Source of the DNA: Pirellulales bacterium | GTDB taxonomy: Bacteria > Planctomycetota > Planctomycetia > Pirellulales > PALSA-1355 | DNA length: 64,000 bases | NCBI GenBank assembly: GCA_963733035.1 | Contig: CAVTBU010000005.1 | Span: 2,176,001-2,240,000, forward strand | Reading direction: 5' to 3' | Part shown: positions 40,683 to 50,393 of the stretch, in pieces | Layout of the letters: each line of letters begins with the position of its first letter | Position numbering within the stretch: the first letter of the stretch is position 1 | Notes under the pieces: generated by a model | Databases searched by the model: none | The model's input: the letters and a program-made list of their open reading frames with translations, nothing else | Told to the model about the DNA's origin: nothing | Position numbers and translations under genes: made by a program

Positions 40683-42317
40683 ATGGCACCCGGCATGCTC
40701 GCCGCGATTTTCTGTGGATTCGTCATATTCTCGGCCGCACGGGCCGCAGACCTCGATAGCGAACGAGCCTTGATCGAGCGACGCGCCGAACATTTACAGG
40801 CATTGTCGGCTCCGCCGCAGCCGCCGCAGATCAGCGCAGCCGTGCCGCATCCGATCGATCGATTCATCGCGGCCAAATGGCGCGAGTTGCCCCAGTCACC
40901 CGCTGTGGGGCTGTCCGATGACGCCACGTTCCTCCGGCGTGTCTATCTCGACGTCATTGGCGTGATTCCGACGCTCAAGGAAACAAATCACTTCCTGGCC
41001 GCCCGGCCGAGTGCCGAGAAGCGCGAGCAACTCGTCGACGAACTGCTCGCGCGCGACGAGGACTATGCCGCCCATTGGACGACGTTCTGGGAAGACGCCT
41101 TGGCCAGCCAGAACGTGCTGGCTCAGGGCGGTATCCTGACGCGGGGCGATTATCGGGACTGGCTGTTGTCGAGCTTTCGCCGCAATCGGCCGTACGACGT
41201 GATGGTGGCCGAACTGATCGATCCGACGATGCCCGGTCGCAAGGCCGCGCAAACGAAGGACGTGCTGGGCGAGGACTTTTCGATCGAGTATGTGCGCAAC
41301 GAAAACCACAAGGTCACGCTGCAAACGGCAGCCAACGTGGGGCAGGTATTCCTCGGCACGAGCATGAAATGCGCCAGTTGCCACGACCACTTCGAGAACG
41401 CCGAATGGCCGCAGGAACGATTTCTGGCGTTCGCCGGACTGTTCGCGCCTGACGATCTGGAAAAGATACGCTGCGAGTTGAAAACCGGCCAGAAGATCGC
41501 GGCTCGCTTCCCATTTGATTTGCCAGGCGCGCCGAAAGAAGTCCCCGCCGACCTGTCCGCCCGGTTGCACCTGGCGGCGCAGTTGATCACCGACCCTGCC
41601 AATCCCCGCTTCGCCAAGACGATTGTTAACCGTCTGTGGAAGCGCTACCTGGGCCTGGGCCTGTTCGAACCGGCCGACGATTTTCGCCTGGATGTGCCAG
41701 CCAGCCATCCTGAGCTATTGGACTGGTTGGCCCACGACTTTGTTGCCCACGGTTGCGACCTGAAGCATACGATCCGTGTGATTCTCACCAGTCAAACCTA
41801 TCAACTGCGCTACGATCCGAAGCTGGCCGACACATACAACGCCAGCGAGCCGCTGGCTCCCCGCTATTTTCGCTCGCCGGCGCTGCGGCGTTTGACGGCC
41901 GAACAATTGCTCGACAGCATTCGCGTCGCAACCGAGGGAAATATCACTCCGCAGCAGCGAAGCTATCTCGACGCTCGGTCGACTGCGTTGTCGCGAGCCC
42001 TGGGACGGCCAGCTTCACGCAATGAGATCAGCACGGCCCGGCCAGACGACATAGCCGTCGTGCAGTCCCTTGAATTGCTCAACGGCGAGCAACTGCACCA
42101 GATGATCTACGCAGCCGCGCCGCCAGAGGAATTGACACGCCTGGATGAACGGCGCTTGGTCGACCGGCTGTATCGTTGCGTCTTGTCGCGACCCGCTTCG
42201 ACTGACGAAAAGAATGCCGGCCGGGAGTTCTTACAATCGGCCCAATCACCGGACGAAGCAATCGGCGACCTGCTGTGGGCCCTGATCTGCAGTCCCGAGT
42301 TCCAATACCTGCACTAG
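40683..42317 (+). CDS. DUF1549/DUF1553 protein
   Basis: HPIDRF, FLRRVYLD, CASCHDH, VNRLW, SHPELLDWLA, WALICSPEF. Confidence 0.92.
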   Translation: MAPGMLAAIFCGFVIFSAARAADLDSERALIERRAEHLQALSAPPQPPQISAAVPHPIDRFIAAKWRELPQSPAVGLSDDATFLRRVYLDVIGVIPTLKETNHFLAARPSAEKREQLVDELLARDEDYAAHWTTFWEDALASQNVLAQGGILTRGDYRDWLLSSFRRNRPYDVMVAELIDPTMPGRKAAQTKDVLGEDFSIEYVRNENHKVTLQTAANVGQVFLGTSMKCASCHDHFENAEWPQERFLAFAGLFAPDDLEKIRCELKTGQKIAARFPFDLPGAPKEVPADLSARLHLAAQLITDPANPRFAKTIVNRLWKRYLGLGLFEPADDFRLDVPASHPELLDWLAHDFVAHGCDLKHTIRVILTSQTYQLRYDPKLADTYNASEPLAPRYFRSPALRRLTAEQLLDSIRVATEGNITPQQRSYLDARSTALSRALGRPASRNEISTARPDDIAVVQSLELLNGEQLHQMIYAAAPPEELTRLDERRLVDRLYRCVLSRPASTDEKNAGREFLQSAQSPDEAIGDLLWALICSPEFQYLH

Positions 42318-42335
42318 TCGTCGCAAACGCACCTG

Positions 42336-43819
42336 ATGAACCATCCTCACTTCAACCGCCGCGACTTTTTGAAGCAATCCGCCGCCGGTGCCGCACTCGC
42401 CGCGCTGGGGCCGAGCATGCTGCGCGGCGCCGATGCGCGTGCGATGCGAGCGGCCGCCAAAGCCGATTCGGTGATCTTCATTTGGCTCCCGGGTGGCGTG
42501 GCGCAGGCCGACACCTGGGACCCCAAGCGATACACGCCCTTCGAACCGGGCATGCGGGGGTCCGATCTACTGGGCACCTGCGAGTCGATTCCCACGTCTG
42601 TCGACGGGCTGCGGTTTGGTGCCGGGTTGGAAAACATGGCCTCGGTCATGCATCACGGCACAGTGCTCCGCAGCTTGACCAACGCCACGAAATTCGGCGC
42701 CGTGCATTTGAAGGCCCAGTACTACATGCTGACCGGCTACCTGTTTCCGGTTGGGCTTAAGGCGCCGAGTCTGGGCGCGGTCGTTGCCCGTACGTTGGGG
42801 CCCAGGCAACCGAACGTGCCGCCGTACATCTACATCGGCCGCGATATCGACACCAGCGATACCGAGAAACAATTCATCAGTGAAGCGATCGGGCCGGGTT
42901 TCTACGGCGTACCGTACGCGCCCTTCATGATTCCCGACGCAACCGCCGGACTTGCGACGCTCAGCGCGGCTGCCGGCATGAGCACCGACCGCCTTGACCG
43001 CCGGATGAAGCTGCTCAACTCGCTGCACGCCATGTCCGACGAACGACTGCGCAACGCGCCCGCGCCGGCGAGTATCTGCAAACCATGGAAGCGGCCCGGG
43101 CAATGATGGATTCTCCGGTCAAGCGGGCATTCAACTATGCCAAGGAAGAGACCGCCGCGACGCTGGCCGCCTACGAGCCGCGGATCGAACGCGATGCGTT
43201 GCTCGACAAGAAGTACTTTCATGGGCGGCGATTCGGTCACGGGCTATTGCTCGCGCGGCGGTTGGTCGAGGCAGGCGCTCGCTTCGTGCAGGTCGAGTAC
43301 CAGTACGGACCGTTCAAGGGTTTTGATATGCACGAGAATGGCCAGCAGCGGATGGTCGAAATGAAAAAGCAAATCGACTCGCCCATTGCGCAGTTGATTC
43401 GCGATCTGGCCGACCGGCGACTTTTGGATCGAACGCTCGTGGTTGTGGCCACTGAATTCGGCCGCACGATTGCCAACCAACCCAAGGCTGGTGTCGAGCC
43501 CGACGGCTTCGCCGAGGAGCAATCCGGGGAAGAGCTGATCCTTGAAGATCAAAAGATGTACGGCTTCCACGGACACTTCTCGAGCGGCAATAGCCTGCTG
43601 TTCTTTGGCGGAGGTTTCAAGCCGGGCTTGGTTTATGGACGCACGGCCGAACGGCACCCGATGCTGCCCATCGAAAATCCGGTTACGCTCGAGGACACCC
43701 ACGCGACGATCTATCGGGCGTTGGGCATCCCCGCCGACACCGCCTATGTGACCGAGGGACGTCCGTTCTACGTGACCAAAGACGGCAAGGGGAAGCCGAT
43801 CGACGGCTTGCTGTCCTAG
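42336..43819 (+). CDS. DUF1501 protein with Tat signal, split by an apparent 1-nt deletion near 43060
   Basis: NRRDFLK, WLPGG..DTWDPK; second frame LLARRLVEAGARFV, TEFGRT. Confidence 0.9.
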
Positions 43820-44022
43820 CAGGCTCGGTTGCTTATCACCGTTGGCTCCGTGCCGCCAGGGCCCACGTCGCCGGCATAATCGCTAATTGCGTCATGCGCG
43901 GTTTCATAGTGCTATTCCACACAGCGTGCAATTTTGTGCGCGCACTTCCACGAATGCGATCGGCCGACCGATACCGTCGAGAGGGGAGGAACCGACCAAC
44001 TCAGTCAAAGGGAGCCGACGTC

Positions 44023-44928
44023 ATGCGCAGGGTGTTATTGGCGGTCTTGACGGCCGCGGGGGCCACCTGGGGGCTGGCCGAAGAGGCTGGCGCTTTCCAC
44101 CATGTAATCCGCGCTCGTTGCATCGCGTACTATCCGGGGCTTTACTCCTTCGGCTATTGCGGCGCGCCTTGCCCGCCGCCGCCCTATACTTTCCCCTGCA
44201 CCTATAGCTATCCGAAGTACTGCGGGCCGTTCGCCCGTTGTTACGACGGCCGCGTGTATTGCTCGACCGGTTATCGCCGCTGCGGTTTATGTTGCGGTCT
44301 CAGCTGCCGACTCGGCTGCTGTCTTCGCGGTTGCGCTCCGTGTGGTTACGGTTGCGGCTATTCGTGCGGTGGCTGTTGTGGCTGCGGCTCTTGTGGCACA
44401 TGTGATTCATGCGGTGCCGGTGGCGGCTGCGAAAACTGCGATGCCGGCAGCAGCACCGCGACCACGGAAATGGGACGTACGTTCCAGACGAATGAAAAAG
44501 TGCTCTATGACGGTCCCGCTGACAAGGCCCCGGCCAGCAGCGTCCCGCCGCAACCTGAGCCCGATCCGTCGGCTGGCATCTTCCGCCGTCCGTTCCGGCT
44601 GACGTCGCTGAAGTCGCAAGACCGCGACGGCACGAACGACTTCACCCGTGGCATGCGCGCCTATTGGGACGACAATATGACTTTGGCGTTGGACGCGTTT
44701 GAGGCCGCCACGGCTGCCGAACCTCAAAACGCTCTGTACCGCTACTATCAAGCATTGGCAATGTACAACTTGCAGGGCCCGGAGGCGGCCAGCCAGTTCT
44801 TGGCTCAGGCGGTCGAGTTCGAACGCGAGAATCCGATCGCCAACTGGGGCCGCCGGATGGAACGCGTGCAAGGTCGAGCTCGCATCTGGGTGGAACAAGC
44901 CCGCTCTGCGGCTAACGTTGGCGGCTAG
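44023..44928 (+). CDS. Secreted Cys/Gly/Tyr-rich protein with C-terminal TPR-like domain
   Basis: Signal peptide, 25 Cys in ~110 aa, helical C-terminus (EPQNALYRYYQALA...ERVQG). Confidence 0.75.
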   Translation: MRRVLLAVLTAAGATWGLAEEAGAFHHVIRARCIAYYPGLYSFGYCGAPCPPPPYTFPCTYSYPKYCGPFARCYDGRVYCSTGYRRCGLCCGLSCRLGCCLRGCAPCGYGCGYSCGGCCGCGSCGTCDSCGAGGGCENCDAGSSTATTEMGRTFQTNEKVLYDGPADKAPASSVPPQPEPDPSAGIFRRPFRLTSLKSQDRDGTNDFTRGMRAYWDDNMTLALDAFEAATAAEPQNALYRYYQALAMYNLQGPEAASQFLAQAVEFERENPIANWGRRMERVQGRARIWVEQARSAANVGG

Positions 44929-44954
44929 TGCCGGCAGCGTACGAGAAGAAATAA

Positions 44955-44995
44955 AGGCGGGAACGCGGCACCCACCTGGCGTCGCGTTTCCGCCT
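44955..44995. terminator. Terminator hairpin between convergent genes
   Basis: AGGCGGGAACGCGGC / GTCGCGTTTCCGCCT with A-rich 5' flank. Confidence 0.7.
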
Positions 44996-45008
44996 ATTCG
45001 TTTCGCTG

Positions 45009-45876
45009 TCATTCCGTCGAAGAGGACGTTGGAGCGTCGGGCAAAAATCGCATCAGCAGCCGCTGTTTGTCGGCACCCAAAGAGGCAGCGCGATTAAAGT
45101 ACTTGGCAGCCTGCTCGCGCTGGCCGCCGCAGTACAGTTGGATTCCAAGCGCCAAGGCGATTTCCGCATCCAGCGGATCGATGGCGGCCAAACGCTCCAG
45201 CACTTTGGTGGTCTTTTCGAAATCGCCGGACGTGGAGAGCTTTTCTACCGCCGGCGCCGGTGTGCCGTCGTTGCCGCCGCCAAGTTCGAGCGATTCGAAA
45301 AACTCTTGGCGGGCCGGTCCGTATTTCCGCATCGCCAACATGGCCAGCGCCTGTCGCAAATGCGGTTCCGCCAATTCGGGCGCGGCCCGGGCTGCTCGCT
45401 TATAGCTCGAAATAGCCGCCGCGTAGCGCCGTTTAGCAAACTTGGCATCGCCTTCGTCAAGCGCAGCGCGCGCTTGCGCTAACGCCTCGGAACTGCTGGC
45501 CGTCGGCACCTTCACCGCGTGCTTATCTTCGTCCGGCAGCGCCTGCCGTGGATAATAGTTCCGGCGCGTGGAATAGTTTGGCAAATAGCCACTCATGGTC
45601 GCCGGATAGAATGAGTACGCCATACCCCCAGCCATCCACATGGCCACCGACGCGTGGGCCGACGACCATTGGTGCTGGTAAGAGAACGACGAGGAGCCAT
45701 GCACGGGCAGTGCGGCCGGCATCACCGCTGGCACGGGAAGCGTCGCGGGCGCTGGCAACGGCACGGCGGCTGAAAAAATGTGTCCCGCACCGCCGTGGCC
45801 CTTCACCTGCGCAGGCACCAGCCGCATTGCCTAGCATCATTCCAGCCCCCAGCGCCACGAGAATGCCGTATCGCAT
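45009..45876 (-). CDS. Secreted TPR protein, apparent 1-nt insertion near 45800-45830
   Basis: Signal peptide MRYGILVALGAGMML with SD in one frame; TPR repeats in the adjacent frame; total length is 3n+1. Confidence 0.7.
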
Positions 45877-46105
45877 GTCCCTGTTCCTTTTGCTCGGGTT
45901 CCGCTTCCTCATTCCTCAGGTTCCGCGGTGCCGCCGCCCGCATTATTTCACTACGGCCGTCGGACTGCAAGAGATTTGCATTTCCCGATCCGCCGCGGGG
46001 AGTTGCCGCAGATCAACGGGCGTGATAGGGTTGCGGAGCCGAACCGCGTTCCTGCCAAGATCATTCCCCAGAGACAATCTCTGCATTCTTCAGGGATCCA
46101 ATGCC

Positions 46106-46822
46106 ATGACTCGCAGCTTGCTTGCCGTAGCCCTTGCGGTTTTCCTGCTTTCTCATTCTGCCGCCGATGAGCCTTCGGGCCTGCCTCGGGCCACGATCGA
46201 TGGGACTGGTCCTGGTTGGCATGCTTTGGGTGAAGCCGATTTTGTGAACGTCAATTGCGATCCCGACACCTGGACCTGGAGCGACGGCGAGGCCCACTGC
46301 ACCGGAACGCCTGTGGGCGTGATCCGCTCGAAGCAACCCATCACGAACTTCGAATTGGTGGCGCAGTGGCGTCATCTCAAGTCGGGTGGTAACTCCGGAA
46401 TCTTCGTATGGGTACCCGAGGCGTCGCTGGCCACGCTCAAACCTGGGCAGCTGCCGCACGGCATCGAAGTGCAAGTTCTCGATCACGGTTACGCCGAGAA
46501 CTACACCAAGCAGACTGGCAAGCCGGCCGACTGGTTCACCACCCACGGCGACGTGTTTCCGGTTGGCAGTTCCGACATGAAGCCGTTCCCGCCGGTCGCG
46601 CCCAACGGCAAACGGAGCTTCCCCTCAAAAAACCTCAGCAAGGGCGTCGGCCAGTGGAACCATTACTACGTCCGCGCTATCAACGGAGAAGTGCGCCTGT
46701 GGGTCAACGGCGAGGAGGTCTCGGGCGGCACCGACTGCAAACCGGCCACCGGTTTTCTCTGTCTCGAGTCGGAAGGCTCGCCGGTGGAGTTCAAGCATCT
46801 TCGGATTCGTGAGCTGCCGTAG
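46106..46822 (+). CDS. DUF1080 (3-keto-disaccharide hydrolase) domain protein
   Basis: Signal peptide, NSGIF, EVQVLD, GQWNHY, LESEGSPVEF. Confidence 0.9.
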   Translation: MTRSLLAVALAVFLLSHSAADEPSGLPRATIDGTGPGWHALGEADFVNVNCDPDTWTWSDGEAHCTGTPVGVIRSKQPITNFELVAQWRHLKSGGNSGIFVWVPEASLATLKPGQLPHGIEVQVLDHGYAENYTKQTGKPADWFTTHGDVFPVGSSDMKPFPPVAPNGKRSFPSKNLSKGVGQWNHYYVRAINGEVRLWVNGEEVSGGTDCKPATGFLCLESEGSPVEFKHLRIRELP

Positions 46823-46859
46823 TGCAGCTCACGTTGCGAATCGTGCAAGGCGATGTTTG

Positions 46860-46875
46860 CGGCACGGCGCTTGCT
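46860..46875 (+). promoter_or_regulatory. Candidate sigma54 promoter
   Basis: CGGCACGGCGCTTGCT (GG-N10-GC), ~100 nt upstream of ATG 46976. Confidence 0.5.
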
Positions 46876-46975
46876 GCTCATTACCAACATTGCGACTTCC
46901 TGCTATCCTAAAGCGCAAAGAGCGCGGGGGACGGCGGCGGCGCGCTGGGAGTTGGTTTCCGCGGAGGGGTCCGCC

Positions 46976-48481
46976 ATGCAGCTTACGCCAGGCGATGCGC
47001 ACGACGAGCGATTGCTCGCCCAAGTTCACCCGCCCGATTGGGTAAACCCCTTACCCAGCGGCCGCTACAATCTCGTGGCAATCGGTGGCGGCACCGCGGG
47101 GCTTGTCGCGGCGGTAGGAGCCGCCGGGCTGGGTGCCAAGGTCGCGCTCATCGAACGGCATTTGCTTGGCGGTGACTGCCTCAACTTTGGCTGCGTGCCG
47201 AGCAAGGCCCTGATCCGTAGCGCCCGGGTCGCCCGAGACATGACGGCGGCCGTAACCTATGGATTTCGCGGCACGATTAACGGCCGATTCGACTTCGCCG
47301 CCGTGATGGAGCGAGTTCGCAGTCTTCGCACCGAGATCAGCCACCACGATTCGGCGGCGCGTCTCAAGCAGCTCGGCGTTGACGTGTTTCTCGGGCAGGC
47401 GAGCTTCACAGGCCGCAAGTGCCTTTCCGTGGCTGGCCAGAAGCTCGAATTCAGTCGCGCTGTTATCGCCACTGGCACCCGTCCGCTCGAGCCGCCGGTC
47501 GAAGGTCTCTGTCAACTCGGCTACTTGACCAACGAAACCGTGTTTGAACTCACGGAACTGCCGCGGACATTGATCGTGCTCGGCGGCGGGCCAATCGGCT
47601 GCGAACTGGCCCAGGCGTTTCGGCGTCTGGGAAGCGAAGTGCACCTGATCGACCATCGGCCGCGGATTTTGCCAAAGGAAGATCCCCAAGCCGCTGAAGC
47701 CATACAGAAACGTCTGGAAAGCGAAGGCGTGCACTTGTATCTCGGTTGCCGGGCATCGAGCGCAAAACAACTGGGGCCGTCCAAGTCGCTGGTGATCCAA
47801 CAGGGTGACGAAAAACAAGTGCTCATCGGCGATCAAATCCTGGTTGCCATCGGCCGCCGACCGGCCGTAGAAGGGCTTGAGTTGGCTGCTGCCGGCATTG
47901 AGGCGAACGAACGAGGCGTGGTTGTGAACGATTTCCTGCAAACGACCAACCGCCGCGTCTATGCCGCCGGAGACGTCTGTACCGACGTCCGTTTCACGCA
48001 CGCCGCCGACGCCATGTCTCGCATCGTGCTGCAAAACGCGCTCTTTTTCGGTCGAAAACGCTTCAGTCGCGTGCACATTCCGCGAACGACATTCACCGAG
48101 CCGGAAATCGCCCAGGTGGGGCTGACCGCGGCCGAAGCGCAAGTCCGGGGAATTGCCGTCGACACGTATCGGGCCAACTTGACGGATGTCGATCGGGCGG
48201 TCGTCGATGGCGAGACCGAGGGCTTCGCGGTCGTGCACACGCGGAAGGGAAGCGGCTGTATCGTCGGCGGCACGATCATCGCCCCGCAGGCCGGCGAGAT
48301 GATCGGGGAGCTAACCATGCTTCTAAACCAGAAACAATCGCTGAGCCGCCTGGCCAACACCGTGCATTGCTACCCAACCCAAGTCGAAGTGCTCAAACAC
48401 ATCGCCGACCAATACCAACGCACACGCTTGACGCCCCGTGTGGCCCGGCTTTTCGAGAAGTTATTGGCCTGGAGACGATGA
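46976..48481 (+). CDS. Pyridine nucleotide-disulfide oxidoreductase (MerA/LpdA-like, lacking the MerA C-terminal CC)
   Basis: GGGTAG, GGDCLNFGCVPSK, GGGPIG, HCYPT. Confidence 0.9.
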   Translation: MQLTPGDAHDERLLAQVHPPDWVNPLPSGRYNLVAIGGGTAGLVAAVGAAGLGAKVALIERHLLGGDCLNFGCVPSKALIRSARVARDMTAAVTYGFRGTINGRFDFAAVMERVRSLRTEISHHDSAARLKQLGVDVFLGQASFTGRKCLSVAGQKLEFSRAVIATGTRPLEPPVEGLCQLGYLTNETVFELTELPRTLIVLGGGPIGCELAQAFRRLGSEVHLIDHRPRILPKEDPQAAEAIQKRLESEGVHLYLGCRASSAKQLGPSKSLVIQQGDEKQVLIGDQILVAIGRRPAVEGLELAAAGIEANERGVVVNDFLQTTNRRVYAAGDVCTDVRFTHAADAMSRIVLQNALFFGRKRFSRVHIPRTTFTEPEIAQVGLTAAEAQVRGIAVDTYRANLTDVDRAVVDGETEGFAVVHTRKGSGCIVGGTIIAPQAGEMIGELTMLLNQKQSLSRLANTVHCYPTQVEVLKHIADQYQRTRLTPRVARLFEKLLAWRR

Positions 48482-48498
48482 GAGGGGGCGATGCGCTC

Positions 48499-49761
48499 CT
48501 AACGCCGAAAGATCCGTTTGGCGTCCTCCAACGCTTGTCCCAACCGTTCAACATCCGCCGTCGTGTTGTACAAATAAAAGCTTGCCCGGCTGCTGGCCGT
48601 GATGCCCAGTCGCTTGTGAAGCGGCATGGCACAGTGGTGGCCGGCTCGGATGGCGACGCCGTGGCGGTCAAGCACTTGCGCGATGTCGTGGGCATGGATC
48701 TTGTCGATCGTGAAACTGACGATGCCGGCCTTGTGCTGCGGATCGGGGCCCAGAAACCGCACGCCGCCAATCGACGAGAGAATCTGGTGCGCCAGCGTGG
48801 TCAACCTCTGTTCGTGCCGTTGGATGGCCGGCATGCCGATCTCGGTGAGGTAGTCAACGGCGGCGCCAAGCCCGATGGCTGGAACGATTGGGGGCGTGCC
48901 GGCCTCGAACTTCGAGGGGAGCTCGGCCGGTTCGAAGCCGGTGGTCGTTACGCGGCGGATCATGCCGCCGCCCCCCATAAAAGGCGGCATCGCTTCGAGC
49001 AGTTCGCGCCGTCCGTATAGCACGCCCACCCCAGTGGGACCGAGCATCTTGTGTCCCGAAAACGCCAAGAAATCCGCATCAAGTCGCATGACATCGGTGA
49101 CGGCATGCGGCGCGCTTTGGGCCGCATCGACCAGCACGACTGCACCGGCCTGATGTGCCCGCGGGATAATTCGGCCCAGTGGGTTCTCCGTGCCCAGCAC
49201 GTTCGACACGGCCGCAATGGCAACGATCCGCGTGCGCGGCGTGAGCATTTGGTCGAGCCTGTCGAGCTGCAATTGCCCGTCGTTCGAGATCGGTAGAAAG
49301 CGGACGACCGCGCCGGTGCGTTCGGCCGCCTGCTGCCAGGGAACGATGTTCGCATGGTGCTCCATCTCGGAGAGTAATATCTCGTCACCGGACCGCAGAT
49401 TGGCGTCGCCCCAACTGCGAGCCACCAGATTGATGCTTTCGGTGGTGCCCCGCGTGAAAATAACCTGTTCGCTCGACGGCGCACCAATAAACGCACCGAC
49501 CTTACCTCGGGCCTGTTCGTAGAGATCGCTCGACTTTTCACTCAGCCAATGGATACCGCGGTGGACGTTGGCATAGTACTTCTCGTAGGTGTCGGTGATC
49601 GTTTGGATTACTTGCCGAGGATGTTGCGTGGTGGCCGCGTTGTCGAGATAGACCAGCGGCACGCCGGGTGCGTCGGCCGAGCCATGCAGCACGGTGCCGA
49701 GAATGGGGAAATCGCGGCGGATGCGCTCGACATCCAGCATTGCCGGTGCGGCAACGTTCAT
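48499..49761 (-). CDS. sufS: SufS-type cysteine desulfurase
   Basis: YLDNAAT, EHHAN, FSGHKMLGPTG, RAGHHCA. Confidence 0.95.
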   Translation of the reverse strand: MNVAAPAMLDVERIRRDFPILGTVLHGSADAPGVPLVYLDNAATTQHPRQVIQTITDTYEKYYANVHRGIHWLSEKSSDLYEQARGKVGAFIGAPSSEQVIFTRGTTESINLVARSWGDANLRSGDEILLSEMEHHANIVPWQQAAERTGAVVRFLPISNDGQLQLDRLDQMLTPRTRIVAIAAVSNVLGTENPLGRIIPRAHQAGAVVLVDAAQSAPHAVTDVMRLDADFLAFSGHKMLGPTGVGVLYGRRELLEAMPPFMGGGGMIRRVTTTGFEPAELPSKFEAGTPPIVPAIGLGAAVDYLTEIGMPAIQRHEQRLTTLAHQILSSIGGVRFLGPDPQHKAGIVSFTIDKIHAHDIAQVLDRHGVAIRAGHHCAMPLHKRLGITASSRASFYLYNTTADVERLGQALEDAKRIFRR

Positions 49762-49771
49762 GGCGTGGACC

Positions 49772-50191
49772 TCAATTGCATTCGCCGTCGGCCGGGCCGG
49801 CGTCCGGATTGAGCGGCGAATAGATTGCCGATTGCAGTGCCCGCCAGCAAAGCAGGCAGCATTTTTGGCGATTGGGCGTCAGCTTGGCGCCGAACAGCGA
49901 CAACATGTCGGCAGCCGTGAAGGCACGGATGTCGTCCAGCCGACCGCCACAAATCCGCTCCATCAGCATCGAGGCCGATGCCTGGCTGATGCAGCATCCG
50001 TCGCCACTGAAGTAGGCGTCGCGAATTGTGCTGTCCGGATCGATCGCCAGTTCCACGCGCACCACGTCGCCACAAAGCGGATTCTCATCTTCGTGCGCAT
50101 GCGTGGCCGCCGGACAGTGCCCCCGGTGAAACGGCTCCTCGTAGTGATCGAGTATGCGTTCCTGGTACAGTTCGTCTTCTTTCAACGGCAT
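49772..50191 (-). CDS. sufU: SUF-system NifU-like sulfur-transfer protein
   Basis: ILDHY, NPLCGD, GCCISQASAS, RQKCC. Confidence 0.92.
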   Translation of the reverse strand: MPLKEDELYQERILDHYEEPFHRGHCPAATHAHEDENPLCGDVVRVELAIDPDSTIRDAYFSGDGCCISQASASMLMERICGGRLDDIRAFTAADMLSLFGAKLTPNRQKCCLLCWRALQSAIYSPLNPDAGPADGECN

Positions 50192-50393
50192 ATGCGGAAA
50201 CGGGCGGCCTGCTTCTGACGCCCCTCTTTGAGCTTGTGTGCGAAACAGCACTTCAATCGTAGGGACGATCGGCGAACTCAACAAGTCGGCAATTCCCGGA
50301 TTCCCTGGGATCGCGAAGCAGAAAAAAATAATGCCGCTGGCCGCCTTGCAAACGACCAGCGGCACCTTGATGTCAGGCAAAACGCGCGGAAAA

